Shown here: one piece after another, positions 46,607 to 56,430 of the stretch
Layout of the letters: every line of letters starts with the position of its first letter
How positions within the stretch are numbered: position 1 is the first letter of the stretch
From: Candidatus Latescibacterota bacterium
GTDB taxonomy: Bacteria; Latescibacterota; UBA2968; UBA8231
DNA: 64,000 nt
Direction of reading: 5' to 3'
Assembly (NCBI GenBank): GCA_965242865.1
Contig: CBDETK010000013.1
Location: 2,496,001-2,560,000 of the forward strand
Notes under the pieces: generated by a model
Seen by the model: only the letters and a program-made list of their open reading frames with translations
The model's database searches: none
Told to the model about the DNA's origin: nothing
Program-made: the position numbers and the translations under genes

Positions 46607-47428
46607 ATGCTGATGAGGAGACTGAAACAACTGTACGCAATTTGTGCGCACCCCCTCGTCGTCAGAGACCTCGTCGGTGCGTTGGCGCACGGCGCGTTCG
46701 GCCCGGCGCGGCGCATGGCGTACACCGCGGTGCGCTCGCCGGACCTCACGGCCGAGAAGGTCGTCTCCCGAAAGTACCAGTACCTTTGGCTTTGCAACCC
46801 CAAGGTGGCGTCGCGGAGCATCCTAGCGGTGCTGCGCGCTGCGGACCCCGACGCTGAAGTCATCAAAGGCGCGAGCGTCGCCAGTGTTTACGCCATGTAC
46901 CCAGCCGTGCAAGACTACTTCAGTTTCGCGTTCATCAGGCATCCTTTTGACCGGGCACTTTCGCTGTATGCGGAAATGCGCTTCTTCCGCGAACGCTTTG
47001 ACGGAGCGAACCGTGGCCGCAAAGAGGAGCGGCAACGGTTCTTCGACAGCGCGTTCTTTGGACTGGCGGAGGTGGAGAGCTTCGACGACTACTGCCGCTG
47101 GCTGAACACGCCTTACGGTTCGGATGCGTTCGCGAACGGCCACTTTCTGTCCCAGCATCGGCAAATACGCCTTCCAGATGGCCGCCCGCCCGATTTCATC
47201 GGCCACCTAGAGAGCATAGACCGCGACCTGAAGCGAGTCGCCAAGCACTTGGGGATGCCGGTGCCGACGCTGCCGATGCTAAACACGATGGCGGGATGGC
47301 AGCCTCGGTCGCCGCAAGCATTGAAAGCCGCCCGGGCGGAGATGAGCGCGCTCCTGACCGAGCACAACAGGGCACTGCTCAAAAAGCGATACGCGGGCGA
47401 TTTGGAGTTGGGGGGCTATTCGCCATGA
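46607..47428 (+). CDS. Sulfotransferase family 2 protein
   Basis: PAPS motifs 'NPKVASRSI' and 'FAFIRHPFDRALSLY'; start uncertain. Confidence 0.8.
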   Translation: MLMRRLKQLYAICAHPLVVRDLVGALAHGAFGPARRMAYTAVRSPDLTAEKVVSRKYQYLWLCNPKVASRSILAVLRAADPDAEVIKGASVASVYAMYPAVQDYFSFAFIRHPFDRALSLYAEMRFFRERFDGANRGRKEERQRFFDSAFFGLAEVESFDDYCRWLNTPYGSDAFANGHFLSQHRQIRLPDGRPPDFIGHLESIDRDLKRVAKHLGMPVPTLPMLNTMAGWQPRSPQALKAARAEMSALLTEHNRALLKKRYAGDLELGGYSP

Positions 47429-48234
47429 CTGGAACGCCCACGCGAATTTTGCTTGGAGGCCCGGCCCTGAAGACACAGGCCAAAAAGGTGCTCCGGCGGG
47501 TTCACCTGTATAAACAGGCCGCCCGCATGCACCGCCGGCTCCGCTTGGCATTGCGCGATGTGCGCCGCATTGACCGCCGCATTGCGGCGCACTACCTCGC
47601 GGAGGCGAGCGAGCCTAAGCTACACATCGGCTGCGGCGACAACCTGCTCGACGGCTGGCTAAACTCAGACCTGCACCCCCGCTCTAAGGGCATTCTGCGT
47701 CTAGATGCGACGCGCCCGTTTCCCTTTGCGGACGACACCTTCACCTACGCCTACAGCGAGCATCTGCTCGGCTCCATTCCCTTTCGCGAGACCATGGCCA
47801 TGCTGAGCGAGTGCTTTCGCGTACTCGCGCCGGGCGGCAAGCTGCGAATCACGACCTTCGACTTGGCCTTTCTGATCGATCTGTACCGGCGGGAGCCCTC
47901 TAAGCTCCAGGAGCAGTACCTCAAGTGGGCCGCCGATACCCGCTTGCAACGGCGCGAGGACAGCCCGCACCGCGCGTTGCAGGAGCGAGCCCCGGCGCAA
48001 CCCGTTGAGACCGGTTTGCTGGTCAATCACACCCTGCGCTCGGAGTGGGGGCTGTTCGTGTATGATGAGCCGATCTTGCGCCGGGTGTTTGAGAGCGCCG
48101 GGTTCCAAAACATAGTGAAGTGCGACCTGAACCAGAGCGAGGATGCCGCGCTTTGCGGCTTGGCCAACGAGGGGCGACTGCCCGCTGGCTTTCTACGGCT
48201 GGAATCCGTCACGCTCGAAGGGAGCAAGCCATGA
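47425..48234 (+). CDS. SAM-dependent methyltransferase
   Basis: 'KLHIGCG....GWLNSD', 'YSEH', 'ECFRVLAPGG'. Confidence 0.82.
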   Translation: MTGTPTRILLGGPALKTQAKKVLRRVHLYKQAARMHRRLRLALRDVRRIDRRIAAHYLAEASEPKLHIGCGDNLLDGWLNSDLHPRSKGILRLDATRPFPFADDTFTYAYSEHLLGSIPFRETMAMLSECFRVLAPGGKLRITTFDLAFLIDLYRREPSKLQEQYLKWAADTRLQRREDSPHRALQERAPAQPVETGLLVNHTLRSEWGLFVYDEPILRRVFESAGFQNIVKCDLNQSEDAALCGLANEGRLPAGFLRLESVTLEGSKP

Positions 48235-49979
48235 GGCGGGGGTCCACTTGGCACTGGATTGTGCTGGGGACGGGACTGGCCGGTTGGTTGCTCGTCGCCT
48301 ACGGCTGGGTTCCGGCTCTTCTCGAAGCCGGGTATCGACAGGAAAGCATCGGCTGGATCAACGAACTCTTCCCGGGCCGGGCGAAAAGCCCGCTCGAGAA
48401 TTACCTCGACCGCTGGTACGAAATGGCGCGGCTGGGTACGCTCTGGTGCGTGGTCCTTAGCGGCGTCGGCCTGTTCGGGCGTCGGATCTGGATGAACGTT
48501 CCGCGGTTCTTTGAACGTGTGGTCGGCACCGCGACTCCCAGTGCGCTCGGGGCGATCCGCGCATGGACGTGCGCCATCCTGTTTCTCGATACGCTTCGCT
48601 ACGACCTAGTGAGTACGACGCTGCTTCCCGATGAGTTGATCCAGCCGATGGGCCTGATGAGCCTGCTGCACTGGCTGCCCATCGGGTATGAAGCGTTCCT
48701 CGCGGACCCGCTGGCACTCTGGACGTTCCAGCACGGCACAATGCTCCTCCTCCTATTCGGCGTCATTGGACTTGGTACGCGGGTCGTCGTGCCAGCCGCG
48801 GCGATCTGCCACCTCGTCGTGGGCGGGATCGCACGGGAGTATTCGTTTTTCTATCACGGCGGCCTGATTCCATGGTACGTGCTGGTCGTGCTCGCCTTTA
48901 CCCGCTGCGACCAAGGCTTTTCTATCGACCGGCTCTGGCGCATCGCCCGCCGACAGGCTGTGCCGGCAGCCAATCAGCCCACAGCCGAGTTCGGCTGGGC
49001 GCGGTATGCGGTCTGGACGACCATTGCCATGCCGTACGTGATGGCTGGTTGCAGCAAGCTATACGGCTCGGGTCTAGAGTGGGTCGCGGCCGACAACCTG
49101 CGCGCTCATCTGCTGCGTCCAAACTTGAAGATGCCGTACCAGGACGACAGCGTATTGTACTCCATCCTGCCGGCCCCGGACTTCCTGTTCGTCCTGCTGG
49201 GCATCATTGCGATAGGCACGGAGTTGGCCTTCGGCCTCGTGCTGGTGTCCCGACGAGCCCGGCTGGTGATACCCGCAACGATGGTGCTCGTCCACATCGG
49301 GATCGTGTTCTTACAGGACATCCTATTCTCTGATCTAATGCTGCTGCTATTGGTGTTCTACGACTGGCGGCCGCTGGGACGGGCCGTGGGACGATGGTTT
49401 GCTATTGGTCCGGTGCGAAGAGAGCTCGCTGGTCCCCCAAGCGACGCGGCATCCGCGCACCGACGGGGTGCGCTTGTCGTACTGGTGATCGTGGCAATTG
49501 CCGCGTCCGTCTGGACGGCCGTCATCAGCTTCTATCCGTTCACGCCGGTAGATATGTTCAGCAAGCCGGCATCGCCGCCGGGCATCGTCGAATACCAGCG
49601 GGTGATCGTCTATTGGGAGGACGGCACCAGCGAGGAAGCCCCGCTCGATCGGTGGTGCAGGTTGATACCTAAATTCAGGTTTTGGCCTGTGTTTGAGGTG
49701 ACGTTCAAGCACTCGGAGGCGATGAACCCGCCTTGGCGTCAAGATATCTCTTGGTCGTTTCGGCCTGTGTTCGAGGCTGTGTTCAAAGGTCCGGAGGGAC
49801 GGGAGTTGGCCCGGAAGTTCTTGGACTCCGCGATTGACGCGGCCAACTTACGGGACTACGCGCCGCGTCCGACGCGCTTGGAGGTCCAGCTTTGGCGATG
49901 GGATTTTGCCAATGACCCGGCCAACCCCGACCACGGCGTCTTGGTGGACCGCTATGTCCACGCCATCAGCCCCCCTTAG
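48231..49979 (+). CDS. HTTM-like integral membrane protein
   Basis: Multi-TM; 'IGLGTR', 'FSIDR', 'Y..AGCSKL...W', 'E..F...L', 'HIGI'. Confidence 0.55.
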   Translation: MRRGSTWHWIVLGTGLAGWLLVAYGWVPALLEAGYRQESIGWINELFPGRAKSPLENYLDRWYEMARLGTLWCVVLSGVGLFGRRIWMNVPRFFERVVGTATPSALGAIRAWTCAILFLDTLRYDLVSTTLLPDELIQPMGLMSLLHWLPIGYEAFLADPLALWTFQHGTMLLLLFGVIGLGTRVVVPAAAICHLVVGGIAREYSFFYHGGLIPWYVLVVLAFTRCDQGFSIDRLWRIARRQAVPAANQPTAEFGWARYAVWTTIAMPYVMAGCSKLYGSGLEWVAADNLRAHLLRPNLKMPYQDDSVLYSILPAPDFLFVLLGIIAIGTELAFGLVLVSRRARLVIPATMVLVHIGIVFLQDILFSDLMLLLLVFYDWRPLGRAVGRWFAIGPVRRELAGPPSDAASAHRRGALVVLVIVAIAASVWTAVISFYPFTPVDMFSKPASPPGIVEYQRVIVYWEDGTSEEAPLDRWCRLIPKFRFWPVFEVTFKHSEAMNPPWRQDISWSFRPVFEAVFKGPEGRELARKFLDSAIDAANLRDYAPRPTRLEVQLWRWDFANDPANPDHGVLVDRYVHAISPP

Positions 49980-51519
49980 CCCCGTGAATTCCGTTTGGTA
50001 TAACGACTGGCGGCAGGTCGATGTGGCGTCGCTCGATGGGTTCGCGCCCACCCGGCCCGTCAGCGTTATAATCCCGTACTACCAGACGCCCACCGGCCCG
50101 TACTACCAAAAATCCGCCGAGACGCTGGTGAGGACCCTCGCGACGCTCGAAGGCCAAACCTACCCGAGAGAACTGTTCGAGGTGATCATCGTGGACGATG
50201 GCTCTGAGCCGCCGCTGGCACGGCCTCCCTCGACATCGCTAGAGGTGAAGGTCATACGGCGGGAGCGGCGCGTAGTCGGACGGACCTTGATGCGTAGCAC
50301 CCACGGTCAGGCGATGAACACCGGCGCTCGGGCCGCGGCTTACGACATCTTGCTCTTCCTCGACAGCGGCATGCTGGTCGAAGCGGGCTGGATGGCGGCG
50401 CACGCCCGTTGGCACCACGCGGTCTCCGACGCCCTGACCGTGGGGATTCGCGCTTACGTAGATGTGAACGGCATGGACGCGGAGACCATTCGGCGTCGGC
50501 CCGGATCGCTGAAAGAATTGCTCTCGGGCCGGCCGATGGACCCGCCCTTGTACGAAGGCTACATGACCAAAACCAACGATCTGACTTCGCGGGCCGATGA
50601 CCCATTTCAGGTGGTGGTCGGAGGCAACTTAGGGGTGTGCAAGGGTTTCTACTGGTCAATGGGTGGGTGCGACGAATCGTTCACGTACTGGGGATTAGAG
50701 GACATCGAATTAGGCTATCGGGCTTATACACGCGGCGGGCTGCTGGTGCCGGTTCGGGACTCTTTGGCCTATCGCCAAGGCCGCTGGGATGAGGGCAGAG
50801 ACGCCAAGCACCGAAGTGCTCAAATCCAAGAGGGAATCGCGGCGCACCGGATCGCCCACCCTTGGTATCGCGGCCACCGGCCCGGTCGAATTTTCGCGGT
50901 GCCCCAATACGTGGTGACCGTCGATATGGGACTATGCCCGGCCGGCCAAGTCGTCCGGGCGGTCAATAACATCCTGACCGACCGGGTGCGCGATCTGCTG
51001 GTGCGAATCGAAATGCCGGCGAGCGACGATGAAGAGCGGCTGGCCCGGCTGCAGGCGGAGTTTGGCCCAGACCCACGGGTGCGCGTCGCGCCCACGTCCA
51101 CCGCCCTCGAGGAATTCCCCGCGTCGCCATTCCACGTCACACTGCCCGCCGCCGTGGTCGCCAAGGACTTGGTGCATCGGCTGCGCGTCAAACTCGGAGA
51201 CGCGGCCCACGCGGAATCGATGCTCCCCGACGGGGCTGGTAAGGTAGCGATCACCCGGGCGTGGGCCCTTCATCGGGCGCAGCGCACCGGAAAAAGTGTT
51301 GCCGACTTTGGCGAGGCGCGGAAGATACCTGCCGCTGCGTTGAAACTGGCGGTCGCTGATCCGGCCGAGGATGTGGACCGCGTCGGTAGGGCGGACTCCG
51401 CCCAGTGGGGACGCTTGCTCGACCGGATGAGGGACGTCCACTCCCCCGGCGAGGTGGGGTCGTTCCTGAAGTGGCTGGCCGGTTCGGTTTGGCGGCGGGT
51501 CGTCGGGAGACCGCGGTGA
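49954..51519 (+). CDS. Family 2 glycosyltransferase (paralogue 3)
   Basis: Colinear with paralogues 1 and 2; the DxD position reads DSG. Confidence 0.85.
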   Translation: MSTPSAPLSPVNSVWYNDWRQVDVASLDGFAPTRPVSVIIPYYQTPTGPYYQKSAETLVRTLATLEGQTYPRELFEVIIVDDGSEPPLARPPSTSLEVKVIRRERRVVGRTLMRSTHGQAMNTGARAAAYDILLFLDSGMLVEAGWMAAHARWHHAVSDALTVGIRAYVDVNGMDAETIRRRPGSLKELLSGRPMDPPLYEGYMTKTNDLTSRADDPFQVVVGGNLGVCKGFYWSMGGCDESFTYWGLEDIELGYRAYTRGGLLVPVRDSLAYRQGRWDEGRDAKHRSAQIQEGIAAHRIAHPWYRGHRPGRIFAVPQYVVTVDMGLCPAGQVVRAVNNILTDRVRDLLVRIEMPASDDEERLARLQAEFGPDPRVRVAPTSTALEEFPASPFHVTLPAAVVAKDLVHRLRVKLGDAAHAESMLPDGAGKVAITRAWALHRAQRTGKSVADFGEARKIPAAALKLAVADPAEDVDRVGRADSAQWGRLLDRMRDVHSPGEVGSFLKWLAGSVWRRVVGRPR

Positions 51520-51538
51520 TCGCATTGCACAACTGAGC

Positions 51539-52573
51539 ATGGGACTCATGGGCAGAAAAACGACGTGGGACCTGCTGTATCGCAGCGGTCTCTCCGCCGC
51601 CATCGGCCGTCGCTACGCCGGCATCGGCTCCATCTTTGCGTTCCACCGCGTCGTGCCCGAGGTGTCGGCCCATCTGAATGGAGAGTTGTATGTCAGCGTC
51701 CAATTCTTGGCAGACTGGCTGGCCGCGCTCCACAAAGCCGGCGTCGAGCTGATTTCCATAAGCGATGCCATCGAGCGCATTGAGGATCCGGGCCGCCATT
51801 CCTCCAAGCGGCGGTTCGTGGTCGTCACCTTTGACGACGGATACGCCGACAACCTCGCGCATGCCCTGCCGGTATTGGAGCGGTACGAAGTGCCGTTTAC
51901 CGTGTACGTCACAACGGCTCTGGTGGAGGGCAGCGGCTACTTGTGGTGGCTCGGTCTAGAGCATTTGCTGCGGATGAACGAAGCGGTCGAAGTTCCGCCG
52001 ATGGAGAGGCGGTTCATTGCCTCGTCTATCGAGGAAAAGGCGCGCGCCATCGCCCAAGTGGAGCGTTGGGTATGGGCGGACCTAGGGCCGCGGGCGTCGA
52101 TGCTGCGCGATGTATTCAACCAGTACGGCGTGTCCCTAAGCGCGGTGACGAGGGAAGCGGGATTGTCGGGGGAGCAGCTGCGCGAACTCGGCGGCCATCC
52201 TTTGGCGACCATCGGCGGTCACACGGCCGGCCACCCCGATTTGACGAGCCTGAGCCCATCGCAGGCGTACCGCGAAATGTCCGATAACAAGACCTTTCTC
52301 GAAAACCTCTGCGGGTGCCCGGTCGATCACTTCGCCTATCCCTACGGCACGGGCGGAGCGCGGGAGGCGGCCTTGGCTGGGAAAGCCGGTTTTAAGACGG
52401 CCGTCACGAACAAGCAGGGTTGTCTATTCCCGCAACATCGGGACCATCTCTTAGGGCTGCCGCGCCACCCATGCTTAGGTTCCAGAATGTGGTTGAGCTT
52501 CATGCATGCCCAGCGGCACGGCGTACGGCATTTCATCGGCAGCCGCGGCGGGTGTCCGGTGGTCGCGCTTTGA
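51539..52573 (+). CDS. Polysaccharide deacetylase (NodB/CE4)
   Basis: TFDDGY, HTAGH, FAYPYG. Confidence 0.9.
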   Translation: MGLMGRKTTWDLLYRSGLSAAIGRRYAGIGSIFAFHRVVPEVSAHLNGELYVSVQFLADWLAALHKAGVELISISDAIERIEDPGRHSSKRRFVVVTFDDGYADNLAHALPVLERYEVPFTVYVTTALVEGSGYLWWLGLEHLLRMNEAVEVPPMERRFIASSIEEKARAIAQVERWVWADLGPRASMLRDVFNQYGVSLSAVTREAGLSGEQLRELGGHPLATIGGHTAGHPDLTSLSPSQAYREMSDNKTFLENLCGCPVDHFAYPYGTGGAREAALAGKAGFKTAVTNKQGCLFPQHRDHLLGLPRHPCLGSRMWLSFMHAQRHGVRHFIGSRGGCPVVAL

Positions 52574-53937
52574 TCGGCGTTCAGGTTAAAAACCGAGCGA
52601 AGTCCCTGATTGCGTGGATGCTCCCGGCTTCGGAGCGGCGCGTAGTGCGGCAGGCCCTGTGGATATACGCCATAAGGGCGGTACAGATCTTGGGCGGGCT
52701 GGCGACGTTGCCCCTATCCGTCCGGATCCTCGGCCTCGAAGGATTCGGCGTCCTGACCGTCATCATCGCCGTTGCCCGCCTCATCTACGGACTCGTGCCC
52801 ACGTCGGGCGGCGAAACCATTACAACGTTCGTGATGCGGAGCGTGGCCGAAGGACGGTCTGAGGCGGTACGCATATTTCGTTTCACCCTAATCGCCTCCT
52901 TGGGGCTGAGTTTGGTTGCCTATGCCGTCATTGCCGTCCTCACCTTCGCGGCCGGCAGCCTGCTGGAAATCGACCCAGAGCACCGGCACCTAATGCTCCT
53001 GTATGGCATGGTCGGCCTTTTGACGGCTGTGAATAGAGAATCGCAGGCGGTGCTGCGCTTGGCCGACCGCCTACAGCTTGGACTGGGCATCAATGTTGCC
53101 GTTACTTTGGGCCGGATCGGCCTCTTGGCCGCGGTATGGCTGACCGGGGGGGGGATCATGGAGGTCGTCTTGGCGTATGTCGCGGTGTCGGCGGTGAACG
53201 GGTTGGGGATGTTCGCCGTTGCCACGGCGTCGGCTCCGCTGGCGGGCTTGGCGGGCTTCTGGCGTTCGCTGTCGATCAAAGTCCCGCCGGAAGTGATGAG
53301 ATTCTACGCCGGAAGGTACTGGGAGGCAGGCATCAACACCGCATTGATAAATAATCTGGACATCCTCCTGCTGGCGCGATTCGCCGACTCGGCCGACGTG
53401 GGGCTGTACGGCGCGGCGCGGCGGCTGGTGAACATGGTGCGAGAGACAATCATGCCGATACGCGCCGGGGCAACGGTTGAGTACAGCAGACTGTGGTACT
53501 CGGGACGAGGTGCCGAGTTGCGCCGCGTCGCGTTCAGCACCACCGTCTTGACAAGCGCGTTGTTCGCCGCCGGATTCGGGCTGCTGGCCCTCTTTCGAGA
53601 GCCGATCATTCGACTCTTCTTGGGCGATGAGTTCGCCGGCGTGGCCCCGCTGCTGCTGATTGCGATTCTGGGTACGCTCCCCATCGCCCCTGCGCTCATA
53701 TCGTTGCCGGCCGCGGTGGGACGGGTTGGTCCGATCATACTGTCAGCAACGGTGCGATTGGCCGTTTTCCTCGCCACCATGCTGTGGATGGTGCCTGAAT
53801 ATGGCGCGGAAGGAATGGCTTGGGCCAGAACGATATCCGGCCTAGTCGGCCTCCTCATTATCGCCTCGTTTGCCAGCTCGATACTGAGGCAGAGTTTCCG
53901 GCTGGGGCAAGTAAAAACTCAGCAACCCGGCACCTAG
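52570..53937 (+). CDS. Wzx-like oligosaccharide flippase
   Basis: About 12 TM segments, 'R.LG.EGFG', 'D.LLL...VGLYGAA.R', 'P.YGAEG.AWA'; TTG start overlaps the upstream stop. Confidence 0.8.
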   Translation: MIGVQVKNRAKSLIAWMLPASERRVVRQALWIYAIRAVQILGGLATLPLSVRILGLEGFGVLTVIIAVARLIYGLVPTSGGETITTFVMRSVAEGRSEAVRIFRFTLIASLGLSLVAYAVIAVLTFAAGSLLEIDPEHRHLMLLYGMVGLLTAVNRESQAVLRLADRLQLGLGINVAVTLGRIGLLAAVWLTGGGIMEVVLAYVAVSAVNGLGMFAVATASAPLAGLAGFWRSLSIKVPPEVMRFYAGRYWEAGINTALINNLDILLLARFADSADVGLYGAARRLVNMVRETIMPIRAGATVEYSRLWYSGRGAELRRVAFSTTVLTSALFAAGFGLLALFREPIIRLFLGDEFAGVAPLLLIAILGTLPIAPALISLPAAVGRVGPIILSATVRLAVFLATMLWMVPEYGAEGMAWARTISGLVGLLIIASFASSILRQSFRLGQVKTQQPGT

Positions 53938-53972
53938 CAAGGCCGATAAGGCCAACGAAACGAGGTTTAGCC

Positions 53973-55523
53973 ATGCAAGTTCGCCGCAAACTGCCCATCG
54001 GCATTCAGACGTTTCGCAGAATTCGCGAGGATAACTGCTACTACGTCGATAAGACCGCCTTCATCCGGCGGCTGGTGGACGAGGGCACCCATTACTTCCT
54101 GTCGCGCCCGCGTCGGTTCGGCAAGAGCCTGCTGATTGATACCCTCAAGGAGTTGTTCGAGGGCAACGAGCCGCTGTTCGAGGGGCTGGATATTTACGAC
54201 CACTGGGACTGGTCGGTTCGCTATCCGGTGGTACGCCTCGACTTCAGCAGCGGCAACTATGCCGAGCCAGACTACCTGCAAACCAACCTGATGGCGCAGT
54301 TGGCGGCCATTGAACGCCGGTTCCAAGTGGCATCCGAGCACACCACCGCGCCGGAACGCCTCGCCCATCTGCTCGAGGTGCTGCACGAGCAGCATGGGCA
54401 GCGGGTGGCCGTGCTGGTCGATGAATACGACAAGCCGATCTTGGATGCGCTGGAGGATCTGGCGGTCGCCCGCGCCAACCGCAACTTTCTGCGCGGGCTC
54501 TATGCGACGATTAAGTTCGCCGATGCACACGTCAAGTTCACCTTGCTGACCGGGGTGAGCAAATTCTCCAAGGTCAGCCTGTTTTCGGGGCTCAATAATC
54601 TCAGAGACATCACCCTCGCGGCGCGTTACTCGGCGATCTGTGGCTACACCGACGCGGATCTAGACCGGACATTTGCGCCGGAGTTGCCGGGCTTGGACCG
54701 GGACGCCATTCGCGCTTGGTACAACGGCTACAACTGGCTGGGCGACGAAAAGGTGTATAATCCCTTCGACATTCTCCTGCTCTTTGACGAGCGCAAGTTC
54801 GGTGCGTACTGGTTTGAGACGGGTACGCCGACGTTTCTGCTCAACATGCTGGTGGAGCGCGGCGTTGGTTCGCTGGCCTTGGAAAGCATGCGCGGCGGCG
54901 ATGCGCTGCTTTCGACCTTCGACGTGGATCACATTGCCACCGAGGCCCTGTTGTTCCAGACCGGCTACCTGACGATCCAAGCCGAAGAAGACCGCAGCGG
55001 CCACCGATTCTACCGGCTGGGCTATCCCAACCGCGAGGTGCGGCAGAGCCTAAACGAGTGCCTGCTCAACCGCCTGACAGACGACCCCTCGCGCCAAGTG
55101 CAGCACAGCACCCGCTTGTACGACCTGCTGCTGGCCAACGACTTCGCCGGCTTAGAGGAGCTGTTTCAGGCGTTCTTTGCGGGCATTCCCTACCAGTGGC
55201 ACACCAAAAACAACATCGCCGACTACGAAGGGTACTACGCCAGCGTGTTCTACTCGTACTTTGCGTCATTGGGGTTGGATGTCAGGGTCGAGGACAGCAG
55301 CAGTCGCGGGCGCTTGGACATGGCGGTGGTCTTTAACGAGCAGGTGTATCTGTTTGAGTTCAAGGTAGAGGAGCACGCTTCGGCAGGTGCGGGCTTGGCG
55401 CAGTTGCGGGAACGGGGGTATGCGGCCAAGTATCGCGGTTTAGGGCAGCCGATTCACCTGATTGGGGTGGCGTTCAGCAAGACGACCCGCAACGTGGCCG
55501 CCTTTGAGGTGGCGCAAGCGTGA
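53973..55523 (+). CDS. AAA-ATPase-like + PD-(D/E)XK nuclease protein (copy 1)
   Basis: LPIGIQTF, YVDKT, RPRRFGKS, LVDEYDKP, VYNPF, GRLD..FEFK; 516 aa from ATG 53973. Confidence 0.9.
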   Translation: MQVRRKLPIGIQTFRRIREDNCYYVDKTAFIRRLVDEGTHYFLSRPRRFGKSLLIDTLKELFEGNEPLFEGLDIYDHWDWSVRYPVVRLDFSSGNYAEPDYLQTNLMAQLAAIERRFQVASEHTTAPERLAHLLEVLHEQHGQRVAVLVDEYDKPILDALEDLAVARANRNFLRGLYATIKFADAHVKFTLLTGVSKFSKVSLFSGLNNLRDITLAARYSAICGYTDADLDRTFAPELPGLDRDAIRAWYNGYNWLGDEKVYNPFDILLLFDERKFGAYWFETGTPTFLLNMLVERGVGSLALESMRGGDALLSTFDVDHIATEALLFQTGYLTIQAEEDRSGHRFYRLGYPNREVRQSLNECLLNRLTDDPSRQVQHSTRLYDLLLANDFAGLEELFQAFFAGIPYQWHTKNNIADYEGYYASVFYSYFASLGLDVRVEDSSSRGRLDMAVVFNEQVYLFEFKVEEHASAGAGLAQLRERGYAAKYRGLGQPIHLIGVAFSKTTRNVAAFEVAQA

Positions 55524-55594
55524 AACTTGCGTGCGCACCGGCTCGAACCGCTCGAAGCGGCCGTCATCCATTTTAACCCAACAAGGAGCGACCC

Positions 55595-56344
55595 ATGGAC
55601 CAACCGAACACCGAGTACGACGCTATTGCGGAAGCCTATAAAGCCTCCAAACAACTGTCCTTTCGGAAGTACATTGAAGAGCATACGCTCTTTGCGATCT
55701 TGGGCGATATTCGCGGGGCGACGGTCTTGGACTTGGCCTGCGGCGAGGGGTTTTACACCCGCAAGCTCAAGTCCGCCGGAGCGCGATCCATCATCGGCGT
55801 TGATATTTCCGCGAAAATGATCGAGCTGGCCAACCGAGAGGAATGCATCCGGCCCTTGGGCTGCCAGTACCTGCAGCAGGATGTGGCCGAGCTCGAACTG
55901 GCTGAACAGGTCGATCTCGTGGTGGCCATGTATCTGTTGAACTACGCCAAGACGTGCGCGGAACTGCTCCGCTTGGTCGAGGTGGTCTATAAGGGTCTGC
56001 AACCGGGGGGCCGCTTTGTCGGGTTCAACGACAATGTCCAATGTGTTCCCACCGGCCTCGAGTCTTTTGCCCAATACGGGTTTGACAAAGAATGCACCGA
56101 GGCCCCGCGAGAAGGCGATGCCATTGTGTACAGAATGACCAATGAAGATGGTACGCAGTTTGCGTTTGAGAATTACTTTCTCAAACCAGCGACGTATCAA
56201 TGGGCCTTTCAAAAAGTGGGGTTTGCCGATTTCCAGTGGGTCGGCCCCCATCTGCACCCGTCTCAGCAGCGCGATCCGTTTTGGGATGCCTTTATGGCGC
56301 GTCCCCCCGTAATCGGCTTTAGCGCGTCGAAGCCCATAGACTGA
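55595..56344 (+). CDS. Class I SAM-dependent methyltransferase (ToxA-like)
   Basis: VLDLACGEG, GVDIS, 'YLLNYA'; AAGGAG RBS. Confidence 0.82.
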   Translation: MDQPNTEYDAIAEAYKASKQLSFRKYIEEHTLFAILGDIRGATVLDLACGEGFYTRKLKSAGARSIIGVDISAKMIELANREECIRPLGCQYLQQDVAELELAEQVDLVVAMYLLNYAKTCAELLRLVEVVYKGLQPGGRFVGFNDNVQCVPTGLESFAQYGFDKECTEAPREGDAIVYRMTNEDGTQFAFENYFLKPATYQWAFQKVGFADFQWVGPHLHPSQQRDPFWDAFMARPPVIGFSASKPID

Positions 56345-56430
56345 CTCGGGTCCGCGAAGATGGATTGTTTCAAAAGAAAGGCGTATAATCGAGCCGAGGC
56401 CGATAAAGCAAACGGAAGGAGGTTCCAGCC

